Position numbers and translations under genes: made by a program
Notes under the pieces: model-generated
The model's input: only the letters and a program-made list of their open reading frames with translations
Database searches by the model: none
What the model was told of the DNA's origin: nothing
In this document: in pieces, positions 10,436 through 19,629 of the stretch
How positions within the stretch are numbered: the stretch's first letter is position 1
Layout of the letters: every line of letters begins with the position of its first letter
DNA from: a virus
Taxonomy: Duplodnaviria > Caudoviricetes
DNA length: 64,000 nt
Reading direction: 5' to 3' (one strand)
IMG/VR virus record: IMGVR_UViG_2695421015_000001
Location: 1-64,000 of that record

Positions 10436-11125
10436 TTAACACCAGAGGGCCGCGTTTTCCGGCGCTTGCGCGGAGCGGGCTTTTGGGGGCGTGGCAAGCA
10501 GGAGGCGCAAAAGCACCTCGGTACGATCAAAGGCGGCTGGTGTATCGGCGGTCTTGTACTCCGACATGACGTCCGCAAGGATATGCGCGGCCATGATCGT
10601 GTGCTGCGATGGATCTTTACCTTCGGCCAGTCGCTTGCGCTTTCTAGGGTCGTAATCTGGCAGCCACGTGCCGGCACCCTTCATGAAGCTGCGAGGCCAA
10701 GCGCCAAAGCCCGTCTTGTGGCCTCGATAGCGCCGTGCTGCATACTCAATGACGTCGCGGATGTGTAACACGGTCGGGTAGGACACGCCGATTCTTGGCT
10801 GCAGCTCCGTGAGCGGAGGCGGCTTAAGCTTTCGGTCTTTGCCTTTTCCATAGGCCGGCCCCTCGTAACTGAACTCGTGCGCCGCGCGGACCCAAGTGCT
10901 CAGAGGAATCCTTTGCCGCTCAAGGGCCGTCCCCACGGTGACGGTGAATTGGTGGCGGCGAGGTTTGCACTGGTAGAGACCATCGCGGTGGCTGTGTTTC
11001 TCTCCGCCGATTTTGAACACGTCGGGACCACGGGCATCGCAGCGTGGGCAGGCGGGGCCATCGGGCCACCTTAGGCGCTCTAGTAGTTCCCTTGCTGCGG
11101 TGTCGTCGTCGAAAGGAGAGGGCAT
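10436..11125 (-). CDS. IS1595-family transposase zinc-ribbon domain protein (no DDE domain visible)
   Basis: AARELLERLRWPDGPACPRC...LYQCK..RHQFTVTVGT; C-terminus diverged. Confidence 0.7.
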   Translation of the reverse strand: MPSPFDDDTAARELLERLRWPDGPACPRCDARGPDVFKIGGEKHSHRDGLYQCKPRRHQFTVTVGTALERQRIPLSTWVRAAHEFSYEGPAYGKGKDRKLKPPPLTELQPRIGVSYPTVLHIRDVIEYAARRYRGHKTGFGAWPRSFMKGAGTWLPDYDPRKRKRLAEGKDPSQHTIMAAHILADVMSEYKTADTPAAFDRTEVLLRLLLATPPKARSAQAPENAALWC

Positions 11126-11157
11126 GTGGAGTCTTGTGTGGGGCCGCCAATAACCCG

Positions 11158-11326
11158 TTTTGTTAGCTTCACACAAGAACCCACATTATCGGGCGGTGTG
11201 GCCTTTGAAATGATTGATAATTTTCGTGCAGATCAATGACTTACTGGCTTTTTCACGCCCACTTCCACAGGAGAAGGCGCTGGTGCGGGCGGGCGAGCCG
11301 CTGCCCCTGTTTTGTTAGCTTCACAC
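11158..11326. repeat. direct repeat GTTTTGTTAGCTTCACAC, two copies; possible att/arm-site remnant
   Basis: Copies near 11158 and 11309 flank AT-rich IHF-like words (ATGATTGATAA, ATCAATGACTTA). Confidence 0.5.
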
Positions 11327-11436
11327 GATGGTATGCGATTTCGACCCCTGTTCTCTAATGATTTCAAAGGGTTTACCAGTGTTTCACCCGCACCTTAACA
11401 CGGAAGGCGCGCCCTCAACCGTTGAAGCCATAAGCA

Positions 11437-12321
11437 ATGCTGGAGTGCAGGTCAGGTTGGCTCTGTTTCCGGCTGAGAAATCAAAGGGCCAGATTTCGGC
11501 ACCCCTTTGCTGAAAGATCAACGTCTTATCCCTCTCGGCACTGCCACTACAAGACAGAAGGCGCTCCGCTTCGAGAGGACCGTCCCCCTGATGGACGGCA
11601 ACCGCCACCACCAACTGCCCGCGACTACAAGCACGCGCCCCCACGATGGGCGCACAAGTGCTCGCAGGTTCAACAGCCGCTAAGCCGTCAACCTCCCGCA
11701 CGTCTGCCAAGACTGAGTAGGGGAGCCGGTCGGCTTGTGCTCGCAACATCTTCATTGATCGACCAAACAAACGACCTCACCACCGCAGCGGCGACGCTGC
11801 AATCACCACCATCACCACCGTCCTCACCACCGCAGGCCCCAAACTTCAAACAGGTGCGCCGTTATCTCCGCACCGTCCAGCAACGCGAAGCTCTCGGCCA
11901 ATTCATCAAGGCAGGCTGGAGGCCCGCTGAACTCGCCGAGTGCGCCCGCGGCATGTACCTCGTGCCAGGACAGACGAAACCGACTGCCGCAAGCTACCGC
12001 TTCGTCCTTGAGAGGGGCGCAGACCACGACTGGGCCAAGGAAGCCTTAGCGACCATGCGCGCGCCCGACTACGTCATGCCACCCTTCGATAGGCCTGAGC
12101 CTAAGCACTACGAGTGGGACGACCCTGACAACCCCAAGTACAGCGAAGAGGTTAGGTCAGCAGCTTACACTCTCGCGCGGGGCTGCATGGCTCACTACGA
12201 CGACGGAAAGCACCGGCCACGGCGCGGGCCTGACGCCCCGATACGCAAAGCCCTTCTGAGAAGTTGTTTTCGCGAGCTTTATGCAAACAACGCTTTCGGC
12301 TTGCGAGATGGCGCGCTGTGA
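11437..12321 (+). CDS. hypothetical protein
   Basis: 294-aa ORF; C-terminal half looks protein-like; start uncertain. Confidence 0.4.
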   Translation: MLECRSGWLCFRLRNQRARFRHPFAERSTSYPSRHCHYKTEGAPLREDRPPDGRQPPPPTARDYKHAPPRWAHKCSQVQQPLSRQPPARLPRLSRGAGRLVLATSSLIDQTNDLTTAAATLQSPPSPPSSPPQAPNFKQVRRYLRTVQQREALGQFIKAGWRPAELAECARGMYLVPGQTKPTAASYRFVLERGADHDWAKEALATMRAPDYVMPPFDRPEPKHYEWDDPDNPKYSEEVRSAAYTLARGCMAHYDDGKHRPRRGPDAPIRKALLRSCFRELYANNAFGLRDGAL

Positions 12322-12487
12322 TAGCCGCCCCTGAGCATCATCCTCAGGCGACGTTTGACCCAACGCGGGCATGCGGGCAATCTACTGAGCCTGATTTGGT
12401 CGTGTCGCGCTGTACGGCCAAATCGAGAAGGCCGGCTTGTAATGAAGGGATAGCTGGGCGACGCTTGGCTCTCTGAGGAAGGGATAT

Positions 12488-13381
12488 ATGACCGCAAACG
12501 AAAAGCTTATCGTCGCCTTCACGGATGAAGCTGGCAGCCGAGGTTATGTGAGGAAACTGACGCATTCTTCAGACCACGAAATCAGCCTTCTCTGTTCACT
12601 GCTTATCCCTGGCGAGCATGTCGAAATCGTCAGGGATTTGTTTAAGGGGCCCTTTGACAAATTCTGTTCTGCAATGCCGGCGAATGCAAAGTGCCACATC
12701 ACCGATGCGTTCGAACCCGGCCGTGAAGCCTGGCGCGCTGTTGCGGAAGCCGTCCGCGTAGAAGTCTTCACGATCATGAAGGACCATGGAGTCTTTCTGA
12801 CTTTTTCGGCGCGGCGTTTAAAAATCCCCAGAGAGATGCATCATTTGTTGGAGAATCTGAAGGGCGAAGCCAAGAAGAACAGCCGGTCAGACTTTGTGGT
12901 CCGCAATTCCAATCGCCCGAGTACAAGTCAGATAGATGATGACGTGATGATAAATCTTGCGCTCATGGCTGAAGCGTTCGCTGAGAAATTCAAACGTGAG
13001 CTCGTAGATTTTCATTTCGACGAGATTGATAAAGCCGTGGCTGATAGATACCAAGCGGCGATAGCGACGACCCAAAGTATTGAGAATGTTAAAAAGGAAG
13101 TAGAGGCCCGTAACCGAAAAACGGGAGAAACGGCGACCAAGACAGTCGAAATATCGATACCCCTCAAGGGCCTCAATACGAAAGCCTTGGGCAAGATCGT
13201 CGTAGCTGGAAAACTAGATCCGATCATCTTCGCTACGGACGTAGTGACGAATTCGCTGTGGCGACATTTGCAAGGACTTCCTCCTAATGTTCCTTTGAAC
13301 GAACTGTCGAGCGTCAAGAATTGGGAATGCCCTGAGCTAACGTTCGTTTCCCCTGGAAATTCCATATTCGACAAGGTTTGA
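12488..13381 (+). CDS. DUF3800-like (RNase H-fold) hypothetical protein
   Basis: N-terminal IVAFTDEAG, central FHFDE, C-terminal IFATDVVTN; RBS GAGGAAGG. Confidence 0.55.
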   Translation: MTANEKLIVAFTDEAGSRGYVRKLTHSSDHEISLLCSLLIPGEHVEIVRDLFKGPFDKFCSAMPANAKCHITDAFEPGREAWRAVAEAVRVEVFTIMKDHGVFLTFSARRLKIPREMHHLLENLKGEAKKNSRSDFVVRNSNRPSTSQIDDDVMINLALMAEAFAEKFKRELVDFHFDEIDKAVADRYQAAIATTQSIENVKKEVEARNRKTGETATKTVEISIPLKGLNTKALGKIVVAGKLDPIIFATDVVTNSLWRHLQGLPPNVPLNELSSVKNWECPELTFVSPGNSIFDKV

Positions 13382-14045
13382 ACTCGTTCGCCGGCTGCCG
13401 CGGTGCGCTTGATAATCGCGGGGTCGCCATCAAAGGGTTAGCGACGGACGGTGGGAGAGAATAGATCGTACCCAGATGTGAGCGACGGCACGTCCGCAGT
13501 TGGCAAAAGCAGACACCGGCATTCTAAGCGCCCCCGCAGGGACGCAAGCTGATAGCTGGTGAAAAATGCTTTCCGCTCTGTTGCCCGTTGGCTCAGGGGT
13601 GCCCCGGCAATCGCCCTACGGCCGAAGGTTTGCCCGTGGCGATCCTCGCGCGGCCTTAGGTGACACGGGTATGCCGGAGGACCCCTCAGGCTGGATACAC
13701 CGAGATTAATCAACACCGACCTCACACAGAAAGCCCTTTAGGGATTCTCAGGAGCCTCTGTGGTGAGTTTTCATAAATTCAGCTGGAGAAGTGGCCCTGT
13801 GCCGGCTTGGAATCCCCTGAGCTTCCTATGGGCTCCTAAGGCTGGTTTGCCACTAAACAGACCGTTTCCTCTAAACCCTTTGCTACGTTATTGCGCCCCT
13901 AAGGTCACCCTTGGGACGCCCTTAGCCCAGCTCGGCCGCCTGTGTGGCCCTTAGCTGTAAACTCAAAGAATGGGGGTCAGACCTCTATGGGGTATCTTCT
14001 TTAGAGGTTCACCCCCCATTTCCCTACTCTGGAACCTAACCCTAC

Positions 14046-16010
14046 ATGACCGACCTTATCGGCATGCACGAGCGATACGCTCTCGTGCCGCCGCAGACCT
14101 TTGTCGACCGTCTCACTGACCAGTGGACCACAGCATACGGCAATGTGCCTAGTGTCCCTCTTCAGAAACTCTGGGCCACCATGGCCAACACCTATCAAGA
14201 AGCAATCTTGGCCACCGCAACCGGTGTGAAGTCGCTCTGGCGTATCCTGTGGCCCCCAACCGGCTCAGGGAAAACCTTAGGTGCCAAGGTGTACGCTGCA
14301 CTCCAAGCTGAGCAGAACGCGACCACAGCGGGCCTGCGGGAGCCCATAGGTATCCTTATCGTTACCCGCCTTATCGCCCAAGCCGATGAGATGGTGGCCG
14401 CAATCAACGCTCTCGCCGGCCGGCAAGTTGCCGTGGCTGACCACACCGAACACCGTGCCAGTGCCGAGCAACTCAACGAAAGCGACGTAGTTGTAATCAC
14501 CCATCAGGCCTACGTAAACGCCACGCAAACCCTCACCAGCACCCGTGATGGCAAGTGGCGGCGCTTGACGAACTGGAAAGCCGGCCCGCGTCTCCTAACC
14601 ATTATCGACGAGGCGCTGTGTAATGTAATCGAAGAAAGTCAGGTCAAGGTAGATCGCCTCGGCCAAGCCATCGGGTTCATTCCGCATGATCTACGGGCCA
14701 GCCACGTTGCCGAGGTCGAGGCGCTTGAGAAACTCTATGAAGCCTTGGGACACCATGAGGGCGTCAGTGCGGGCTTCGGTGGTGGCGCGTGTATGGCTTG
14801 GGGGCCGGAAGGATCATCTTCCGTCAAGTCCGTGGACCTGAGCGCCTTACGAGCCGCGATGCTTAAGCTTCCCTATGACGCCTACATCGGCAAGGCGGAC
14901 GCGAACGAGCGCAAACGCATAGCCACCCAGATTAACAAGACCCTAGCTGCTGCAGCGGCGGTGTTGGATCAGTACGCCTACTTTGCGTTGAAGGGTAAAG
15001 AGCCAACGCTCAATTCTTCCGCGCTGTTGGTACCGCTCGATGCTCCTGGTCCCGTCGTGTTGGACGCCACCGCCCGCGAAGACTTCATCTACAAGCTCAT
15101 GGAGGACAGGGCAGCAATCATCCCAACGCCCTGCGGTGTGCGCAACTATGGCAGTGTGACGCTGAACGTCGCTTGGACACGGGCAGGGGTTGGCAAGGGC
15201 ACCATGGTGGAGCATGCAAAGACACGCTTCCCGCGCCTCATTCAGGACCTGACGCAACATCTCGGTCCAGAGCGAAAGGTGTTCTTCTGCGTTCACAAAT
15301 CTGTTGAGCACGAACTGCCTGATGCCTGCGAGCTGCCCTTTGCGAAGGTCGCCAAGGCCCACTGGGGCGCTGTGGACGGAAGCAACGCCTACGCTGACTG
15401 CGACGTGGCGGTGATCTTCGGCCTTCCGTTTCGCGACGCGGTGACCTGGCCAACTAACGTGTTCTTCGCGCTTCAAGGTGTCCAAGGTGATGATTGGCTC
15501 GATAATCCAACTTGGAATGGGCACGTGAACCTACGTGAGCACATGATGCGCCGGCAGCTATCTGCGTCCATCATACAGGCCATCAACCGGATATGTTGCC
15601 GTCACGTGACCGATGACCGTGGTGGATGCCCGCCAGCTGACGTGTTTATCGTGCTTCCTTCAGGCGAGAGGGGAGAGGACATTCTGGCTGCTATCCGGCG
15701 TGAGATGCCGGGGATCAACGTTGTTGATTGGCCATTCGACCCAGATGGCCCCAAGGCCCGCCGGCGTGGCGCAGGGACACCTCACGGGCGCCTGTTGACC
15801 TACATGGAAAACCGCGCTCCAGGCCGCACTTCAATGCAGGTGATTGCCCGAGAGCTGGGTCTCAAGCAGAGCGCCAAGAAGGACCTACAGAAGAACCTTC
15901 GTAGCGAGAACCACCCGACAACGCTGGCCCTCAAGGCGATTGGCGTTACTTACGAGGCCACCACCGGCAAAGGCAGGGGCGGAAGCAGCTACCTCGTGAA
16001 GGCGGCATAG
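14046..16010 (+). CDS. superfamily-2-like helicase / replication-associated protein
   Basis: Walker A PPTGSGKT, IIDEA, VLDATA, IQAINRI; C-terminal HTH-like SMQVIARELGL. Confidence 0.8.
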   Translation: MTDLIGMHERYALVPPQTFVDRLTDQWTTAYGNVPSVPLQKLWATMANTYQEAILATATGVKSLWRILWPPTGSGKTLGAKVYAALQAEQNATTAGLREPIGILIVTRLIAQADEMVAAINALAGRQVAVADHTEHRASAEQLNESDVVVITHQAYVNATQTLTSTRDGKWRRLTNWKAGPRLLTIIDEALCNVIEESQVKVDRLGQAIGFIPHDLRASHVAEVEALEKLYEALGHHEGVSAGFGGGACMAWGPEGSSSVKSVDLSALRAAMLKLPYDAYIGKADANERKRIATQINKTLAAAAAVLDQYAYFALKGKEPTLNSSALLVPLDAPGPVVLDATAREDFIYKLMEDRAAIIPTPCGVRNYGSVTLNVAWTRAGVGKGTMVEHAKTRFPRLIQDLTQHLGPERKVFFCVHKSVEHELPDACELPFAKVAKAHWGAVDGSNAYADCDVAVIFGLPFRDAVTWPTNVFFALQGVQGDDWLDNPTWNGHVNLREHMMRRQLSASIIQAINRICCRHVTDDRGGCPPADVFIVLPSGERGEDILAAIRREMPGINVVDWPFDPDGPKARRRGAGTPHGRLLTYMENRAPGRTSMQVIARELGLKQSAKKDLQKNLRSENHPTTLALKAIGVTYEATTGKGRGGSSYLVKAA

Positions 16011-16029
16011 GACGCCGCAGGTAAAACGT

Positions 16030-16078
16030 AGGCCGTACACAGGTATTCCTTAGGAGGAGCCCGTGTGCGGCCTTTTTT
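16030..16078 (+). terminator. intrinsic terminator between convergent helicase and integrase genes
   Basis: AGGCCGTACAC...GTGTGCGGCC followed by TTTTTT. Confidence 0.65.
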
Positions 16079-16105
16079 GCTCATTTTCTGACCGGTCGTC
16101 TACTC

Positions 16106-17833
16106 TCACGCGACAATTGACGGCTCACTGGTCTCCGTTGGAGGAGAACTGCCCTTAAGTTCCTGCGGGGCGTCGGTGCGGCTGATCTTCACTTCCGGCC
16201 ATTCGACGCAGGCAATGGCATCGGCAAGCATGCGCAATGGCAATCCCTTGAGGTAATTCTGCTGGTCAATACTCTGTCCTTCGTGCCCGAGCAGTTCATT
16301 CCTCACGTCGAGTGAAATGTTGGCTGCTGACAGTTTGGTCGTCACGCCCCCTCGGAATGAATGGTAGTCCAGCTTTTTCTGGTAGACGCCGATGTCTTTG
16401 CGATACTGCGTCCACCACTTCGTGAAAAAGTAGCCGAACTTCTTGTCTGGTCCACCGGGCCGAAGCTGCGGAAAAATCCGCTCCGTAGGTTCGGGGGCGA
16501 TGCTCGTCACGTATTGAAGGAATCCCAACTCTTGAATGAACGGATGGACGGGCACGCGTCGCTTCGACTGCTCATTCTTTAATTGCTTTTCGCCTTCGTC
16601 GTTGATGTCCATGTACCAGATGCCATCCTCGCATCGGACATCGCTGCGGTGAAGTTGCGCGAACTCCTCCAGCCGATTTCCATGATAGAGACCTAACAGT
16701 GGAAGCCAGTACTTGTCGTCGCGAATAATCAATGAACCGGGCCGTGAGCGCCGATCCTTCGATAAACACCCGGTCCACACGGGAGAGCTAAACAGCCGAG
16801 AGAGCGGTTCTCCTTCCCACATGTCACGTCCGTGCCGGGCTCGTCCCTTGGTCGGAAACTCAAAGCCATAAGCGGGATTTTCTCCCACGTATTCTCCACG
16901 CCGCTTCAGGTGGGCGAAGAAGACGCCGAGCGCAGAGAAGTGGCGTTTAATGGTCGTCATGGTCAGGCGCGGGATGTCCTGTCCCTTCGTCTGCTCGGCG
17001 ATCTGTTTAAGCGTCAGGTTCGCCCATTCCTTGCTCTTTGAGTACAGTTGCGGGAGGGCCCTGAGTAAGTCGTAGAACTTGGTCAGATCGGTCTTGGTGT
17101 AAGCCGCAACGGGCTTGTCGCCGCAGCACTCCTCAAACATTCGATAGGTGGTTTTGTTCTGCGCTAGGGTTTGTCCGCGCCAACCCTTGTCCTTCTGGGC
17201 GTAATCCAGAAAATTCGGTAGGGCTTCGGTAAGCGTTGGTCCAACCGGGGCCTCAACTGTTGCCCCGCTGCTCGCACTATCCCGCAGGGGTACCTCGCCG
17301 AGGGAAGAGAAGTTGCCGAGCGTTCGCTGCCGCACTGTTTCCCACAGCTGTACGTTGGCCTGAAAAAGGCCGTGAGCAAACGCATTTCGGTATTGCTCTG
17401 GGATGTTGTTATCCTCCATCAAATCGTCGATTAGAGGGCGCTGGTGGTCGTACAACCTCCCGGCCAGCTCACCGCGAGCCTGATCAAGTTGACCGTCAAC
17501 CCACTCAAGGTCCAAGCTCGCGTCTGACCTACCCGGCTCGGGAAAAGCGTAGACTGGGGCGTGCGGCGTTTCTATTCGCCGCTGCATATCGCCGGCTAAT
17601 CGTCGCTCCAGGTAATTGCGCAGGATAGGCGTAAGGTCGATCTTGTCGTCTGTCGTCACGTCTTCAGTGAGCCTTCGAAACTCTTGGTCCAACTCGGTTG
17701 CTAGGCACTCGGCCACGCGGAACATACGCGTGCGCAACGAGAGAGCAACCTCACGATTTGGGGATTTTGGGATGCGACGCCGGTAGTAGTACACGCCGCG
17801 CTTTTTCGTAATGTGGGAGCATTGTGGGAGCAT
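16106..17833 (-). CDS. tyrosine integrase of the island (DUF6538-type N-terminus)
   Basis: GVYYYRRRIP...SLRT N-terminus; catalytic GNRLEE, K, YHSFR, LLGH and Y. Confidence 0.93.
   Translation of the reverse strand: MLPQCSHITKKRGVYYYRRRIPKSPNREVALSLRTRMFRVAECLATELDQEFRRLTEDVTTDDKIDLTPILRNYLERRLAGDMQRRIETPHAPVYAFPEPGRSDASLDLEWVDGQLDQARGELAGRLYDHQRPLIDDLMEDNNIPEQYRNAFAHGLFQANVQLWETVRQRTLGNFSSLGEVPLRDSASSGATVEAPVGPTLTEALPNFLDYAQKDKGWRGQTLAQNKTTYRMFEECCGDKPVAAYTKTDLTKFYDLLRALPQLYSKSKEWANLTLKQIAEQTKGQDIPRLTMTTIKRHFSALGVFFAHLKRRGEYVGENPAYGFEFPTKGRARHGRDMWEGEPLSRLFSSPVWTGCLSKDRRSRPGSLIIRDDKYWLPLLGLYHGNRLEEFAQLHRSDVRCEDGIWYMDINDEGEKQLKNEQSKRRVPVHPFIQELGFLQYVTSIAPEPTERIFPQLRPGGPDKKFGYFFTKWWTQYRKDIGVYQKKLDYHSFRGGVTTKLSAANISLDVRNELLGHEGQSIDQQNYLKGLPLRMLADAIACVEWPEVKISRTDAPQELKGSSPPTETSEPSIVA
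17812..17833. repeat. tandem TGTGGGAGCAT repeats, putative integrase arm-type sites
   Basis: TGTGGGAGCAT-TGTGGGAGCAT overlaps the predicted integrase start, about 75 bp from the tRNA 3' end. Confidence 0.55.
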
Positions 17834-17906
17834 TTTGACCGTGTCTCGGCATGAGAGCGATGCCGGACCGAAAAAAATCAAGATGCTCAAGGCAGTAGCG
17901 CCGTGG

Positions 17907-17980
17907 TGGCTGGGGAACTAGGATTCGAACCTAGACAAACAGAGTCAGAGTCTGTTGTGCTACCGTTACACCATTCCCCA
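17907..17980 (-). tRNA. tRNA-Gln (anticodon CTG)
   Basis: TGGGGAATGGTGTAACGGTAGCACAACAGACT-CTG-ACTCTGTTTGTCTAGGTTCGAATCCTAGTTCCCCAGCCA; full cloverleaf with encoded CCA. Confidence 0.97.
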
Positions 17981-17982
17981 CC

Positions 17983-18045
17983 GAAGTAGTTGATTTCATT
18001 CGGCTTTTTCCGAATTTCTTGCAAGGGTCAATATCTTTCTTGCAA
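17983..18045. promoter_or_regulatory. prophage att arm: two TTTCTTGCAA repeats and an IHF-like site
   Basis: Repeats at 18015-18024 and 18036-18045; minus-strand AATCAACTACTTC approximates WATCAANNNNTTR. Confidence 0.6.
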
Positions 18046-18091
18046 AACCAGCCACTCGCGACGTGGCTATAGCTGCCTGCGGGTTCACGGT

Positions 18092-19297
18092 CTAGTCCCC
18101 TTTGCCGACGATCTGGAGGCGCTTGCGACCGTCCTCGGCGACCTTCATCTGGTCCCGGAATCGCATGTAGTGGCCGACGTTCTGAGGGGTCATGCCGATG
18201 TCGTTGGCGATCTGGTCGACCTCATAGCCCTGCTCGGCACGGGCCAGGATGCCGGTGCCGCGCAGGCCATGGATGGTCGGGTGGTCGGCCTCTTCGGGGT
18301 CGATATCCCATTCGTACTTCTTGACCTGTGCGGTGACCCACTCCTTCCAGCGTTTGCAAATGACGCGGCCTTCCTCCGTTTCGGCGTACCAGCGACCCAA
18401 GCGAGCGCGGAGGCTGTCGGGCGTGTAGGGCCCGGCCTTCGGCGAATAAAGGTACAGATCCTCGCGGAAGCGCTCGATGGGTTTCAGCCACCGGCTGTTC
18501 GTGAACGTCACCGGCGTTTCCGCCCAGCGATCGAGTTCTAGCGCGTCGGCCGTTGTGAGCGGGATAAGGAAGGCGCGGCGGCGCTTGCGCGTCTTTTTCG
18601 GCCGGCACCAGATGCCGTTGCCGTCATCACGGTGTTCGGGGCCCATCCTGACCATGTCGCTCACGCGCTGGCACGTCATGATGCCGAGCCGCATCATCCG
18701 CACCAGGTCGGGCGTCGCGTGCAGGCGAAAGTATTCGACGACCCACGATGGCCATGGCACATGGCCGCGGTCCGGTATCTCGAGGTCCTTGATCTTCTCA
18801 AACGGGTTGAGCTTGACGATGCCGAGCGGGATACCCCAATCCCAGATGGTGCCACCCACCGAGAGCATCTGGTTCGCCATCACCGGCGTTTCCTTCATCG
18901 CATCGCGCAGCGTCTGGACGGCGATCGGCTCAAGGCCGCGCGCCGACAGCAGACCCCATCCCTCGCGGTCCTCGAAACGGCGCATATGAACTTCGTAGTT
19001 TGATTTCGTGCCATCGGAGTTCCGCTTGAACTCGTCGCTGTCGCGATACTGAGCGATCAGGTTGCCGATCGACCCGACGGGGCAGGGCGCCGTGCCGGCT
19101 TTCTTCAGCCGCTCAAGCTCGCGCGAGAACGCCACCAAATCCTTCTCAGGGTCCGGCAGCTTGATGCGGTCACTCTGGCGCTTGGTGCCGCGTCCGGGGT
19201 TCCAGTAATAATACTTGTAGGCTTTGCCCTTGTACCACTTGATGGATACTTCGACGCCTTCAGGCAGCTGCACGCCCGCTTCCCTTTTTCTTGGCAA
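18092..19297 (-). CDS. phage tyrosine integrase
   Basis: TCQRVSD, K, HGLR and Y catalytic motifs; arm-binding-like N-terminus YYYWNPGRG; TTG start inferred. Confidence 0.92.
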   Translation of the reverse strand: MPRKREAGVQLPEGVEVSIKWYKGKAYKYYYWNPGRGTKRQSDRIKLPDPEKDLVAFSRELERLKKAGTAPCPVGSIGNLIAQYRDSDEFKRNSDGTKSNYEVHMRRFEDREGWGLLSARGLEPIAVQTLRDAMKETPVMANQMLSVGGTIWDWGIPLGIVKLNPFEKIKDLEIPDRGHVPWPSWVVEYFRLHATPDLVRMMRLGIMTCQRVSDMVRMGPEHRDDGNGIWCRPKKTRKRRRAFLIPLTTADALELDRWAETPVTFTNSRWLKPIERFREDLYLYSPKAGPYTPDSLRARLGRWYAETEEGRVICKRWKEWVTAQVKKYEWDIDPEEADHPTIHGLRGTGILARAEQGYEVDQIANDIGMTPQNVGHYMRFRDQMKVAEDGRKRLQIVGKGD

Positions 19298-19562
19298 TGA
19301 ACTGCACTCCCTTGAGGTAGTCGGCGACGTTTGCGGTACCGGCAGCCTCCACTCGGCCAGAGAGTTTACGGTCAACATCCTCCCAGCGCCAGCGCGGCGC
19401 TCCGTTGGGGAAGCCGTCGCACGGAGGGGGTAGGCGGCCTTCCTTGACCCACTGGTCCCAGGTGTCGGCAGAGATTTGCAGCTCCGCGGCGCCGGTCTCC
19501 CGGCTAACATAGGCAGGTGTCCTGTCGCCGCGCAGCAGGTTTTCAGACTTACGAACAGTCAA
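19260..19562 (-). CDS. excisionase-like HTH protein
   Basis: YVSRETGAAELQISADTWDQWVKEGRLPPP..RWRWEDV; immediately upstream of int; RBS AAGGAGACC. Confidence 0.85.
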   Translation of the reverse strand: MTVRKSENLLRGDRTPAYVSRETGAAELQISADTWDQWVKEGRLPPPCDGFPNGAPRWRWEDVDRKLSGRVEAAGTANVADYLKGVQFIAKKKGSGRAAA

Positions 19563-19629
19563 AGCCGGTCTCCTTGTCGATCCCGGCAGGGGCGCCTGCG
19601 AAGCGCCTCGTCGGGGACGGGTGTTTGAA

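Larger units (their letters stand above)
1..17906. mobile_element. genomic island at the 3' end of tRNA-Gln (left boundary outside window or unresolved)
   Basis: Integrase directly downstream of the tRNA; cargo of recombinases, IS elements and AT-richer hypotheticals; no core genes. Confidence 0.75.

Noticed and set aside
18092-19510. ORF-track starts for int and many array genes
   Set aside because: The track uses the longest open frame; RBS positions support the shorter starts used here.
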